From assembly GCA_045862955.1 (NCBI GenBank), contig BTVI01000006.1, forward strand, positions 1-64,000: a stretch of 64,000 nucleotides of DNA, given 5' to 3'. Source of the stretch: Fimbriimonadales bacterium. Its GTDB lineage: Bacteria; Armatimonadota; Fimbriimonadia; Fimbriimonadales; JABRVX01. The translations under genes and the position numbers were made by a program. How positions within the stretch are numbered: position 1 is the stretch's first letter; each line of letters begins with the position of its first letter. The notes beneath the pieces were generated by a model. The model was not told where the DNA came from, ran no database searches, and saw nothing but the letters and a program-made list of their open reading frames with translations. Positions 40,135-50,715 of the stretch are shown here, piece after piece.

Positions 40135-41595
40135 ATGAAGAGGATCGGCGCGCTGGCAATGGGGTTGGCGTGGTTCCTGGGTCAGTCGGCACAGGCGCAG
40201 ACCACCGTGACCGATGTGGGTCAGTTTTCGGGCACCGGGCATTATTACTCGGTGTACGCGTTCGGCAACGTCAACTCGTTTGGCCAGGTCTCGGGCTACG
40301 GCAAAGACATCACTTTCACAGACACCGCGTTCCGATGGAGCAAGTCCACCGGGATTTTCGAGGAACTCTATCCTCTGGGTGGCCCCTTCACATTTCTGTA
40401 CTGCTACGGCCAGGACATCAACGACTCCGGGACCGTGGTAGGGTTCGTGGCGGCCAGTTACAGCTACGACGAGCACATCGTGTACTGGGATTCGGCAGGA
40501 GTAATCCACGATCTCTTTACCCTGAGTGGCGGGTTCGGAGCCCGCGGCTGGGGGATCAACGATCTCGGTGAGATTACGGGTGAATCCGACACGGCGTCCG
40601 GCTCACGCCACGCCGTGTACTGGGACGGAATGAGCTTGAACGATCTCGGAGTTCCTGCTGGCTACAGTAAGAGTGCCGGGGCCGACATCAACAATGCCGG
40701 CACAATTGCGGGCCACGCCGAAGACGCGCAAGGTATTCGCGTAGCCCACAAGTTTTCCGCAGGCACCTGGCAGTCTCTGGGGCTGCTCGACGGCTATTCC
40801 AATAGCCAGAGCGTCCGAATCAACTCAGCGGGCAACGTGTGCGGATTTGCCAAGGAAGGCAACACCACGATGGCGTTCTTCCACGACGGTACGATGCATG
40901 CGATAGGAACGTTTGGTGGGAGCAAGTCCACCGCCTACGGGATCAACAACCTCGACTTCGTCGTCGGCACGGCTACCAATGCTGCCGGCGAGTCGAGGGC
41001 GTTCCTGTGGAAGAACGGTCACCTGGTCAACCTGAACGACATTCTCCCGATGGGATCTCCATGGACTCTATGGTCCGCTACCGGCATCAACGATTCCAAT
41101 GAGATTTGCGGCTGGGGCTACCGGGCAGACATTGACGACTTCCACTCGTTCCTTCTTGTGCCAGGAGCCTTCCTTGTCGGGAAGGTCGGGCTAAATCTGT
41201 TCGCTGGCGACCCCACCGGCCTGGGTGCGATGCTCGAGCTACGAGCGCCTGGCACGACGAATGTGTTGTACAACTACCCCATTGCTCTAGACGCACAGGG
41301 GCAGTACCTCGTGCCTGAGATAGCCACTGGAACCTTCGACCTAGCGGTGAAGTTCGACCATTTCCTGCGAAAGGTCATCCCTTCTGTGACTCTGGCCACG
41401 GGTTACAACGAGGCGGACTTCACAGTGGTGAACGGAGACGCAAACTCGGACAATAGCGTGGACCTGATGGACCTCAACGCCATCCTGCTCAACTTCGGTC
41501 TGACCAGCTCGGCCGATCTCGACGGAGTCGCTCCGGTCTCGATCTCGGACCTCAACATCGTTCTGACCAACTTCGGTTCCGCGGGGCCGAACTAA
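40135..41595 (+). CDS. Secreted HAF-repeat protein with dockerin-like C-terminus
   Basis: Signal peptide; repeated AxGINxxGxVxG..(H/R)AF units; GDANSDNSVDLMDLNAILLNFG. Confidence 0.85.
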   Translation: MKRIGALAMGLAWFLGQSAQAQTTVTDVGQFSGTGHYYSVYAFGNVNSFGQVSGYGKDITFTDTAFRWSKSTGIFEELYPLGGPFTFLYCYGQDINDSGTVVGFVAASYSYDEHIVYWDSAGVIHDLFTLSGGFGARGWGINDLGEITGESDTASGSRHAVYWDGMSLNDLGVPAGYSKSAGADINNAGTIAGHAEDAQGIRVAHKFSAGTWQSLGLLDGYSNSQSVRINSAGNVCGFAKEGNTTMAFFHDGTMHAIGTFGGSKSTAYGINNLDFVVGTATNAAGESRAFLWKNGHLVNLNDILPMGSPWTLWSATGINDSNEICGWGYRADIDDFHSFLLVPGAFLVGKVGLNLFAGDPTGLGAMLELRAPGTTNVLYNYPIALDAQGQYLVPEIATGTFDLAVKFDHFLRKVIPSVTLATGYNEADFTVVNGDANSDNSVDLMDLNAILLNFGLTSSADLDGVAPVSISDLNIVLTNFGSAGPN

Positions 41596-41653
41596 CACGC
41601 ATCGGGAGCCGATGCGCTCCTGCGGGCGCATCGGCTCCACTTCGAGGACAGTC

Positions 41654-42721
41654 ATGCCAGTACGTCGCAGTGAAATCGATACACCTCGTCCGCCCAGGAT
41701 TCGTGACGTGGCGGAGCTGTCAGGCACTTCGGTAGCTGCAGTCAGCGTGGTGCTAACAGGAAAGTCCAAGGGGACCATACGAGTCAGTGAAGAGACAGAG
41801 CGGCGCATTCGCGAAGCTGCGCGCAAGCTGAATTACACGCCGAATCCGGTGGCTCGAGGACTCGCCACGGGACGCTGTCGTGTGCTGGGGCTGGTTTTCC
41901 CGTATTCGCGCGCATTCACCGATCGGAACCCCTTCTGTACCGAGCTCATGACGGGCGTGTTCGAAGAGGCGATTCGCGAACAGTACAACGTCATGCTCCA
42001 CACTGCAGTCGGGGAGGATTGGTACAGCGCAGACACGCGTATCTTGGCTGATCCGCGTGCCGACGGATTGATACTCACAATTCCTCGTCCGAACAGTGAG
42101 GTCGTGTCGGGACTAATCGATCGTCGCTACCCGCTGGTCACCGTCGTCTACGACCCGGGTGAGCAGGACGTATGTAGCGTCAACGCCGATGAGTACACAG
42201 GTGGCCGCCTAGCAGCTGAGCATCTTGTCAAACTCGGGCACAAGCGAATTGCACATCTTGCTGGGTTGGAAATCGTAGCTACGTCCGAGCCACGCAAGCG
42301 TGGCTTCCTCAGTGTAATGGAAGAGGCGGGGCTCGAGGTCGACCCTGCTCTCGTGCCGACGACAGGGTTCTCTCACGATTTGGCCTACGAGCGAACGGCA
42401 GAGTTGCTAGCCTTGCCTCGAAGCCGACGTCCAACGGCGGTGTTTGCCGCCAACGACTTGGCTGCGAGTGGCTGCATTGACGCCGTCCGCGATGCAGGTT
42501 TGGCAGTGCCCGACGACATTGCGGTCGTCGGATACGACGACACGTGGTTTGCAGAGATTACGAGCCCCAAACTAACTAGCGTGCACATGCCCATTCATGA
42601 GATGGGAATGGAGGCCGCCAAAATTCTCACCCTTCTGGTTGAAGGCAAAGCCATCGCTGAAAAGCGCCCTGTTCTGCCCGTTTTCCTGACCGTACGGGAG
42701 TCGTGCGGAGCGAAACGGTAG
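41654..42721 (+). CDS. LacI-family transcriptional regulator
   Basis: IRDVAELSGTSVAAVSVVL, LNYTPNPVARGL, GHKRIAHL, AVFAANDLAA, VPDDIAVVGYDD, PKLTSV. Confidence 0.96.
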   Translation: MPVRRSEIDTPRPPRIRDVAELSGTSVAAVSVVLTGKSKGTIRVSEETERRIREAARKLNYTPNPVARGLATGRCRVLGLVFPYSRAFTDRNPFCTELMTGVFEEAIREQYNVMLHTAVGEDWYSADTRILADPRADGLILTIPRPNSEVVSGLIDRRYPLVTVVYDPGEQDVCSVNADEYTGGRLAAEHLVKLGHKRIAHLAGLEIVATSEPRKRGFLSVMEEAGLEVDPALVPTTGFSHDLAYERTAELLALPRSRRPTAVFAANDLAASGCIDAVRDAGLAVPDDIAVVGYDDTWFAEITSPKLTSVHMPIHEMGMEAAKILTLLVEGKAIAEKRPVLPVFLTVRESCGAKR

Positions 42722-42751
42722 GACGGTGATCCTACAAGTGGAGAAGACACA

Positions 42752-43564
42752 ATGAGCAAGAATAGTGGATTCACCCTAATCGAGCTACTCGTCGTCATTG
42801 CAATAATCGCCATTCTCGCGGCGATCCTCTTCCCCGTATTTGCGCGAGCCAAAGAGCAGGCCAACAAGGCGACCTGCTCCAGCAACCTGCATCAAGTGGC
42901 AATCGCGATCCAGATGTATAGCGACAACACTAACGGAGTGTATCCGAGAGGCGAATTCTGGGACATGAGTCGACCATACACCGAGTCCTACCTCTGGAGC
43001 AGTGCACTGTGCATCGGACCCTATGTTAAGGAACCTGGGATCTATCGCTGCCCGACGGACAGCTTCGGGACCCGCGATGACAGTGCCTACGGTTTCAGGG
43101 CACCCCGCAAGCCTGCTGCGAGTTCCTATCTGGCAAACTGTGCGACTCCTGCTGCGAACTACACGATGTTCGGTATTCGCGAGCCAAAGGGTCTCATGCC
43201 GCTGATGGACATCCGCTTCGGTGACACGCCAATTCCCTCGACGAAGAGCTCCTCCGTGACGAGACCTTCGGAGATCGTGATGATCGCCGAGGGCAAGTAC
43301 GAGTACTACGACAAGATGTGGCAGTGTGGATTGTGGCTCAACAACGAGATTGACTGGTGCTACAACGCAGCCGGTGCCGGCATCAGCGCTGACTGGCAGA
43401 TCAAGGCCCTCGTCTATGCACCAGACAGTGCGCCTTGGAGCAGAGCGTGGCGGAAGCACGGATCGGGTACGAACTTCCTGATGTCGGATGGGCACGTCAA
43501 GATGCTCCCGCCGGGACAAGTGGACAACCCCAAGTACTGGCTCTGCAACGCTCCGGAGCTATGA
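42752..43564 (+). CDS. Prepilin-type N-methylation protein with H-X9-DG motif (DUF1559-like)
   Basis: G|FTLIELLVVIAIIAILAAILFPVFARAKE, CSSNLHQ, YRCPTD, H-GSGTNFLMS-DGHVK. Confidence 0.93.
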   Translation: MSKNSGFTLIELLVVIAIIAILAAILFPVFARAKEQANKATCSSNLHQVAIAIQMYSDNTNGVYPRGEFWDMSRPYTESYLWSSALCIGPYVKEPGIYRCPTDSFGTRDDSAYGFRAPRKPAASSYLANCATPAANYTMFGIREPKGLMPLMDIRFGDTPIPSTKSSSVTRPSEIVMIAEGKYEYYDKMWQCGLWLNNEIDWCYNAAGAGISADWQIKALVYAPDSAPWSRAWRKHGSGTNFLMSDGHVKMLPPGQVDNPKYWLCNAPEL

Positions 43565-43567
43565 ATC

Positions 43568-43873
43568 ATGAAGCAAAGTGCAAAGGTCGGGCTCCTGTTG
43601 GCAGTCATCATTGCTGCGGTTGTCGCCATAATCGTAACGCGCGGAGTGCTTCAGCCGAGCAGCGGCCTCAGCCCAGAGCAGCAACAGACCGTATCACGAC
43701 TGGATGAGATCGTCAAGCGAAGCGGAGGCAGATGGGAGGCTCTAACTCCGGCGGACAGGGACTTTCTTGTCAACGAGATGTCCTACGGCAACGAACAATC
43801 CGCCAGGATGTTGTTGCAAGCTTCGGCCGGCCAACTGAAGGGCAACCCGACCACGAAGGACTCCGCGAGATGA
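43568..43873 (+). CDS. Small single-TM hypothetical protein
   Basis: N-terminal hydrophobic helix; tightly packed between the pilin-like gene and the glycosidase. Confidence 0.75.
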   Translation: MKQSAKVGLLLAVIIAAVVAIIVTRGVLQPSSGLSPEQQQTVSRLDEIVKRSGGRWEALTPADRDFLVNEMSYGNEQSARMLLQASAGQLKGNPTTKDSAR

Positions 43874-45603
43874 TGGTGGCGCTGGGCATCGCGCTGATGG
43901 CAAACTTCGCGCCAGGTTTCTTTCGCGTGGAGAAGCAAGGTGATAGCTGGTGGTTTCTGACTCCATCCGGTGAAAAGTTCTGGTCTCTAGGTGTGAACTG
44001 CGTCTGGCGCGGACCCTCCAAGGACGAGTGGGATGAATCCAACCCATCTTACGCGTGGTGGCGATATCATTCCACGGAGGACGAATGGGCGAAGGAGGCT
44101 TTGGGGCGTCTCAGAGAATGGGGATTCAACTCACTGGGCGCTTGGTGCGACTACCAAGTGCTCAACACAGCCTCCACTCCCATGCCTTACACCGAGGTCC
44201 TCTACTTCGGCTCTTCGGTCAAGGCACCATTCGCAGATCTATTCAGCCCAGAGGTGGAGAAAGTAATCGATCAGGTCGCGAAGGAGGCGATCCCAAAGCT
44301 GGCAAACGATCCACTTCTCATTGGCTGGTTTAGCGACAATGAGCTTGGGTGGTGGGATGACACGCTACTCACCTACTTCATGGCTCAGCCAAAGGACAAC
44401 TACACTAAGAAACGCCTCGTTGCACTCATTGAGAGCTACTATGGCGGCAACTGGACCAAACTGTGCGAGGATTGGACGCCGAAGACTGCCAAGGGGTTCG
44501 ACGGCTTGTTAGACGAGACACAACTGGTACTACGTCCGGGAGGCCATGGCATGAGGTTGGTCAATCGATTCACCTTCCTGCTGGCCGACAGATATTACAG
44601 GCTCTGTCGAGACGCCATTCGCCGCTATGACAAGAATCACCTCTACCTCGGCGACCGCTACATTCAGTGGTATCCACAGGAAGTTGCTCGAGCGGCATCG
44701 AACTATGTTGATGTGGTTTCGACCAACTACGGCGCCGACTGGCTCACTGGTGATATCTCTCGGTTCTTCTTGGAGAACCTGCACAGGCTAACAGGCAAGC
44801 CGATCCTCGTTACGGAATTCTACTTCTGCGCAATGGAGAACCGGAGCGGGAACAAGAATACGGGTACGATATTCCCTACGGTAGACACGCAGGAACAGCG
44901 AAGCCGGAGCTTTCAACGCAACCTGTCATCACTGATGCGACTACCTTACGTAATCGGTGCACACTGGTTTCAATACACCGATGAACCTACGCACGGCCGT
45001 GAAGACGGCGAAGACTACAACATGGGCCTCGTCGACATCCATAACCAGCCCTACAACGGAATGATCGAGGCCGTCAAGAGCTGCACAGCAAAGATAGCGC
45101 AACGTGAGAAACTCCACCCGCCGAGGCCTGACACGAGCATTCCCCGTGCCCGCCGCAACGTACTCGACGGGCTTGCAGCGTGGGATCTAGCCGACTGCTA
45201 TATCGAGAGCCAATCCAATGAGCCCTTTGCCGATCTGTACGCTTGCTGGGACCGCGACAGCCTGTACCTAGCCGTGCACACAGCCTGGTATGCCGACAAA
45301 CAGCTCTGGGGTGGGCTGATTCCCGAAGAAGATAGGATGCAGCTAACGCTGGCACTAGGAGCCAACAAACAATCGATCCGAGTGTGGTTCGGTCCGGACG
45401 CCCCTATCAGAATTCAGCCCAACATGCCAGCCAAGCAGTGGAACCAGGCTGTGAGAACCACGATGATCGTCAGCGTAGACGCTAGTGTGCTGGCACAGGT
45501 CAGTTTCTCAGACGAGATGCAGATCCCCTTCACAGCACAACTCTCTTCTCCCGGCCGTGGCGAACTGATGTGTTGGGAAGGAACTCTGCGAATGAGGAGG
45601 TAG
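43870..45603 (+). CDS. Glycoside hydrolase, agarase/GH50-like clan GH-A, with C-terminal beta domain
   Basis: WWFLTPSGEKFWSLGVN, RLREWGFNSLGAW, GWFSDNEL (acid/base), KPILVTEF (nucleophile), GAHWFQYTDEP..GEDYNMGLVD. Confidence 0.75.
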   Translation: MMVALGIALMANFAPGFFRVEKQGDSWWFLTPSGEKFWSLGVNCVWRGPSKDEWDESNPSYAWWRYHSTEDEWAKEALGRLREWGFNSLGAWCDYQVLNTASTPMPYTEVLYFGSSVKAPFADLFSPEVEKVIDQVAKEAIPKLANDPLLIGWFSDNELGWWDDTLLTYFMAQPKDNYTKKRLVALIESYYGGNWTKLCEDWTPKTAKGFDGLLDETQLVLRPGGHGMRLVNRFTFLLADRYYRLCRDAIRRYDKNHLYLGDRYIQWYPQEVARAASNYVDVVSTNYGADWLTGDISRFFLENLHRLTGKPILVTEFYFCAMENRSGNKNTGTIFPTVDTQEQRSRSFQRNLSSLMRLPYVIGAHWFQYTDEPTHGREDGEDYNMGLVDIHNQPYNGMIEAVKSCTAKIAQREKLHPPRPDTSIPRARRNVLDGLAAWDLADCYIESQSNEPFADLYACWDRDSLYLAVHTAWYADKQLWGGLIPEEDRMQLTLALGANKQSIRVWFGPDAPIRIQPNMPAKQWNQAVRTTMIVSVDASVLAQVSFSDEMQIPFTAQLSSPGRGELMCWEGTLRMRR

Positions 45604-45615
45604 CGGGCAGACTGC

Positions 45616-46962
45616 ATGCGTCTATTTTTCCTCGTCGCATTCCTGTGCCTCGTACTGCTATCTGTCATCGCCTGGCTCATCCAACCGGCAGATAGTCGAG
45701 AGGGTGTCACACGCATCGTCTGGGTCACAGATGACAATCCGGTACGGCGCGCACAGGTGGAGTTGTTCAACTCGATGCACCCAGACGTAGAAGTCGTGCT
45801 CGATCCGGGCAATCGAGATGTGCAGAAGGTCATCGTTCAGTCACTGGCCGGAGTGGGACCGGATCTGTTCGATGCATTCGACGGCTCGGCACTCTCTGCA
45901 TACGTACGCTCCGGCGTCGCGTGGGATGTAACGGAGGAGTTCCGTCGGTTAGGGATAGACTTGAGACGGAATGTGTGGAAGGCACTTCTCCCTAAAGTCA
46001 TCTTCGAAGGACGATGCTACGGGTTTCCTACGAACGGGGCGGTCAACGCCGTTTGGTTCAACAAGAAGATCTTCGACGAGGCGAACGTGCCCTATCCCCA
46101 CGGCAAGTGGACGTGGGCGGATCTAATAGCGCTCGGAAAGAAGCTAACCGTTCGGGACAGCCAGGGGCGACCCGTTCGCTTCGGCTTTATCTTCGACTGG
46201 TGGAACTGGCAATTCTTCGTACTGCAGTTCGGCGGCAGGGTTTTCACGGACGATGGTACGGAGTGCATCGTAGACCGAGAACACGCCGTTGCTGCCATTC
46301 AGTTCATGTATGACCTGACGTACAAGTACGGAGTCAGTCCCACACCGCTCGACGAGGCGGGCATGAGTTCGCAGGGCGGCTGGGGTGCGGGGACGATTGC
46401 TTGGTTCGGCGCGGGCCGTGCTGCAATGGCCCTCGGTGGTCGCTGGTGGCTATGCACTCTTCGCCAGTACCCTGGTCTTCGGCTAGGCGCCATCGAGGCC
46501 CCCTATGCGAGAGTTCGGGCCTACACGACTTCTGGTAGGGGGACAATTATAAACGCTCAGAGCAAGCACAAGGTGGAGGCACTGGCCTTTCTTCGCTTCA
46601 TGGCGAGCCGAGAGTATAATGAACTCGTGAACCGTCAAGCCGACGGCGTTGCTCCCGTGGTGGCATACTGCTACACTGATGAATTCGAGTACAATCCGAA
46701 CTACCCCGGCGAGGATTTCAACGCCGTATGGCGTGACGCGATGCACTTCGCAGTATCGGAAGAGGTCAGCCCCTTCGTGGGAGGGGCTATCGTTGCTCGA
46801 ATCATATACGATCAGATTGATTTGGTGAAAGCCAGACAGAAGGACCCCGCCACTGCGATGCGGACCGCGGCACGACAAATCAACGCCGAGATCAAACGCA
46901 ACGTGCTGCGAAACCCGGAACTGGCGAAGAAGTACGTGGCGCTTCGAGGCCGACTACCATGA
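45616..46962 (+). CDS. Sugar ABC transporter substrate-binding protein
   Basis: GPDLF, YGFPTN, WFNKKIFDEANVPYP..WTWADL, FGAGRAAM. Confidence 0.9.
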   Translation: MRLFFLVAFLCLVLLSVIAWLIQPADSREGVTRIVWVTDDNPVRRAQVELFNSMHPDVEVVLDPGNRDVQKVIVQSLAGVGPDLFDAFDGSALSAYVRSGVAWDVTEEFRRLGIDLRRNVWKALLPKVIFEGRCYGFPTNGAVNAVWFNKKIFDEANVPYPHGKWTWADLIALGKKLTVRDSQGRPVRFGFIFDWWNWQFFVLQFGGRVFTDDGTECIVDREHAVAAIQFMYDLTYKYGVSPTPLDEAGMSSQGGWGAGTIAWFGAGRAAMALGGRWWLCTLRQYPGLRLGAIEAPYARVRAYTTSGRGTIINAQSKHKVEALAFLRFMASREYNELVNRQADGVAPVVAYCYTDEFEYNPNYPGEDFNAVWRDAMHFAVSEEVSPFVGGAIVARIIYDQIDLVKARQKDPATAMRTAARQINAEIKRNVLRNPELAKKYVALRGRLP

Positions 46963-47915
46963 GCCGGCGCTCACTGTGGACTGCGCTCGGTTTCCTAGCA
47001 CCTAATCTGCTAGGTTTCGCAGTGTTTTCGCTAGTCCCTGTCCTTATCTCCATCGTAGCGACCTTTACCAATTGGGATCTTCAACGCACAGTTCCATTTC
47101 AGTGGACTGGGATGGCCAATCTTGTTGAGCTTCTGCATGATACGAAGTTCTGGTTGTATGCTGTTAACACCGTCTACCTGATGCTTGGGATGCCGCTGGC
47201 CATAGCTGGCTCCCTTGCGCTCGCACTGTTGCTCAGCAAGAAGATCAGAGGCATCGTGGTCTATCGGACGCTGTTCTACCTGCCTAGCTTCACTAGTGGC
47301 GTCGCAATCATGATCCTCTGGAAGTCACTTCTCACTCCGGACTATGGGCCAATCAACCAGGGTATTAGAGCCCTGCTCGCGCTATTCGGCCTGGACGCCG
47401 TGATCTCCGCACCCGAGTGGCTGTTGTCTACGAACAACATACTCGGCCTCTGCCCGGAGCATGTGGGGATCTGCGCAAGCCAGGTCGGACTAGGGGCCCG
47501 AGACGCGATCATTATCATGGGGATATGGGTCGCCGTCGGCGGAAATGGGATGCTCTTGTACTTGGCTGCGCTGTCCAACATCTCGCAGGAGTTGGTGGAA
47601 GCTGGCAAACTCGATGGCGCACATCGATGGACTCTGTTCCGCCACATCATCTGGCCCCAACTGGCTCCTACCACCTTTTTCATTGTCGTTATGAGCTTCA
47701 TCGGCGGGCTGCAGGGCGGATTCGAGCAGGCTCGAGTCATGACGAACGGCGGACCAGCGGGAACGACAACCACACTTGCGTTCTACATCTATAACAAGGC
47801 ATTCGAGGAGTTCCAGATTGGTTATGCCTCTGCCGTATCGTGGGTGCTCTTCACCGCGATCCTAGGTGTGACTTTGATCAACTGGCGCTTCGGTGCAAAG
47901 GAACTCGGGTACTGA
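46959..47915 (+). CDS. Sugar ABC transporter permease
   Basis: FLAPNLLGF, YRTLFYLP, EAGKLDGA (EAA motif), MTNGGPAGTTTT. Confidence 0.93.
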   Translation: MSRRSLWTALGFLAPNLLGFAVFSLVPVLISIVATFTNWDLQRTVPFQWTGMANLVELLHDTKFWLYAVNTVYLMLGMPLAIAGSLALALLLSKKIRGIVVYRTLFYLPSFTSGVAIMILWKSLLTPDYGPINQGIRALLALFGLDAVISAPEWLLSTNNILGLCPEHVGICASQVGLGARDAIIIMGIWVAVGGNGMLLYLAALSNISQELVEAGKLDGAHRWTLFRHIIWPQLAPTTFFIVVMSFIGGLQGGFEQARVMTNGGPAGTTTTLAFYIYNKAFEEFQIGYASAVSWVLFTAILGVTLINWRFGAKELGY

Positions 47916-48739
47916 TGAACTTGCGTGCCAAAGTTCTATCCAACGTCGGTACTCACACCGTACTTCTTGCGATCGCGCTGGTAATGCTGCTGCCATTCGT
48001 GTGGATGGTTCTCATAAGTTTCAAGCCGCTTCACGAGGTCGAGAGCCTGAACCCACTTCCCACCGTTTGGCGCCCGCAGAATTATGTCGAGCTGTTTCGT
48101 CAGATACCTTTCGGGCGCTACTACTTCAACAGCATCTTCGTTGCAGCATGGGTCACCTTCCTGACCTGTCTGACGAGCTCGATGGCGGCCTATGCGTTCG
48201 CTCGATTGCGCTGGAAAGGGCGGGACACAATATTCAAAGCATATCTCGCGACCATGATGCTGCCCGGGGTGGTTACTATGATCCCGAACTACGCTATCAT
48301 GGTGCGCCTACACCTGCTAGACAGCTATACGGGACTGATCCTTCCCGCAGCATTCGGTGCATTCGGCACCTTTCTCATGCGCCAATTCATGCTTAGCATC
48401 CCAGCTGCACTGGACGAGGCCGCAGAGGTGGATGGGGCGGGGCATTGGTGCATTTTCTGGGACGTAGTATTGCCTCTTTGCCGCCCTGGCCTGATCACGC
48501 TGGCAGTTCTTACGTTTCTTGGGAATTTCGGCTCATTCTTCTGGCCACTGGTTCTTATCAAGAGCGAGCATCTGCGGACGCTGCCTATCGGCATGCTATT
48601 CTTCGATTCCAACTACGGTAGGCAGACTAACCTTATCATGGCTGCTGGAGTGCTAAACGTTCTGCCATTAGTCATTCTCTTTGTCACCACACAGCGACAG
48701 CTTGTGCGTGGCATTCAACTCGGGGCCGTCAAGGGCTGA
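47915..48739 (+). CDS. Sugar ABC transporter permease
   Basis: AAYAFARL, FLMRQF..IPAALDEAAEVDGA, FFWPLV, GAVKG. Confidence 0.93.
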   Translation: MNLRAKVLSNVGTHTVLLAIALVMLLPFVWMVLISFKPLHEVESLNPLPTVWRPQNYVELFRQIPFGRYYFNSIFVAAWVTFLTCLTSSMAAYAFARLRWKGRDTIFKAYLATMMLPGVVTMIPNYAIMVRLHLLDSYTGLILPAAFGAFGTFLMRQFMLSIPAALDEAAEVDGAGHWCIFWDVVLPLCRPGLITLAVLTFLGNFGSFFWPLVLIKSEHLRTLPIGMLFFDSNYGRQTNLIMAAGVLNVLPLVILFVTTQRQLVRGIQLGAVKG

Positions 48740-48759
48740 CGGCGGAAGGGACTATCGTC

Positions 48760-50715
48760 TTGGAATTCGGCTGCGCTTGGTATCCTGAACACTGGCCGGA
48801 GGAGCGATGGAAAGACGACTTGCGACTCATGCGAGAGGCACGCATGACCGTTGTTCGGTTGGGTGAGTTCGCGTGGAGTAGGCTCGAGCCAGCAGAGGGT
48901 GAGTATGATCTGGAGTGGCTGGTGCGCGCGATCGACCTCGCGGCCGAGCACGGGTTGAAGTCCGTCGTAGGTACTCCCACCGCAGCACCCCCGGCCTGGC
49001 TTACGCAACGATATCCGGATGTGCTGGCATTTGATCAGAACGGACGCCCGCACACTCATGGTAACCGCTGCCACTACAGGGCCTCTTCCAAAAAGTATCT
49101 CGAACTCTGTGCTCGGATCGCCGAGAGGCTAGCCAAGCGGCTCGGATCACATCCCAGCGTAATTGGTTGGCAGATCGATAACGAGTATGGAACCGTCTCC
49201 TATGACGAAGAGACCCGCGAGCAGTTTCAGACCTGGTTGCGCCAGCGGTACGGCTCGCTCGAGGAGTTAAACCGTCGCTGGACGACTGTGTATTGGAGCC
49301 AAGAGTACTCCGACTGGCGCCAGATACCCATCGCAGACAGAGCACATCATCCGTCGCTAATGCTGGACTTCCGACGTTTCGTAACCTCCCTTTACCGTGA
49401 ATACCAACGACGCCAGATCAAGGCGATTCGTGCTCACGCAGACCCGCGCCAGTGGATCACGCATAATTTCATGGGTTGGTTCGACAGGTACGATCACTAC
49501 GAGCTTTGTGCTGACCTCGATCTGGCATCATGGGACAACTACATAGTCGGCGCGCACCTAGATCCGCTGGACAATGGAGCGATCCACGATCTGACTCGTG
49601 GCTTCAAGCAGAAGAACTTCTGGCTCATGGAGACTCAGCCTGGGTTTGTCAACTGGTTGGACATCAATAGCGCCCTCGACCGCGGCGAGGTTCGCACGAT
49701 GGCTTGGCATGCGGTAGGGCACGGTGCAGACGCAGTGCTGTACTGGCAGTGGAGGAGCTCACTCGGTGGGCAGGAACAGTATCACGGCAATATAGTGGCA
49801 TCCGACGGCGAGCCCCGCCCTATCTATCAAGAGATATGCGAGATTGGGAGAGACTTCGAAGCAGTATCCGAAGTGTTACGAGGTACTCAACCTGTTGCCC
49901 AGGCAGCCATACTTTACTCGTACGAAAGCCGATGGGCGATAGACTTTCAGCGCCATCATCTCGATTTCGATCCTGTTCGCTACCTATTGGCCTTTTACCG
50001 ACCACTCCGCCGCTTGCTACCCGGTGTGGACATCGTGCACCCATCAGCCGAGCTCGAACGATACAGGGTGGTGATAGCACCGGCTTTGCACGTGCTCTGC
50101 GATGAGTGGGTCGAGGCACTCGAGCGATACATCGGCGCTGGAGGTCACTTGGTACTCGGAGCGCGCTCTGGGTTCAAGGACCTATACAATGCTTTGCTTA
50201 CGACTCGGCAGCCTGGTCCGCTCACGAAGTTGGTGGGAGCACGAGTGCAGGAGTACTATGCCTTACGTGATCCAGTCCCTCTCACTGGGCTGGGACAAGC
50301 CACCATCTGGGCTGAATGGCTGGAACCTGTCGCAGACAATGTCGAGGTCATCGCCAGTTATGGACCTGCGAACGGCTGGATCGATGGGCAGCCCGCAATC
50401 GTCACGCGAGACTTCGCCTCTGGCAAGGTCACTTACGTCGGTACGTGGCCTGACGCGCACGCAATGACTGTCCTAATCACACGTATACTCGAAGAGAGTG
50501 GCGTGGCTTCCGATTTGCCCCCGTCCGATGACGGTGTCGAGCTGTCGGTGAGATCTGGTCGAGATCGACGCTTGGTGATAGCAGTTAATCATTCCAATCA
50601 ACCCAAGCAGGTGGCTCTGCCCTGTCCCGCTGTTGACCTGCTCACATCGAGTCCGATCGACGAGGTGCTAACTCTCCCGCCGTACGGCGTCTCAGTATTG
50701 CAGGAGGTTCGATGA
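48760..50715 (+). CDS. GH42 beta-galactosidase
   Basis: YPEHWPEERW, GEFAWSRLEP, TPTAAPPAWL, WQIDNEY, LMETQPG, GQEQYHG. TTG start. Confidence 0.93.
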   Translation: MEFGCAWYPEHWPEERWKDDLRLMREARMTVVRLGEFAWSRLEPAEGEYDLEWLVRAIDLAAEHGLKSVVGTPTAAPPAWLTQRYPDVLAFDQNGRPHTHGNRCHYRASSKKYLELCARIAERLAKRLGSHPSVIGWQIDNEYGTVSYDEETREQFQTWLRQRYGSLEELNRRWTTVYWSQEYSDWRQIPIADRAHHPSLMLDFRRFVTSLYREYQRRQIKAIRAHADPRQWITHNFMGWFDRYDHYELCADLDLASWDNYIVGAHLDPLDNGAIHDLTRGFKQKNFWLMETQPGFVNWLDINSALDRGEVRTMAWHAVGHGADAVLYWQWRSSLGGQEQYHGNIVASDGEPRPIYQEICEIGRDFEAVSEVLRGTQPVAQAAILYSYESRWAIDFQRHHLDFDPVRYLLAFYRPLRRLLPGVDIVHPSAELERYRVVIAPALHVLCDEWVEALERYIGAGGHLVLGARSGFKDLYNALLTTRQPGPLTKLVGARVQEYYALRDPVPLTGLGQATIWAEWLEPVADNVEVIASYGPANGWIDGQPAIVTRDFASGKVTYVGTWPDAHAMTVLITRILEESGVASDLPPSDDGVELSVRSGRDRRLVIAVNHSNQPKQVALPCPAVDLLTSSPIDEVLTLPPYGVSVLQEVR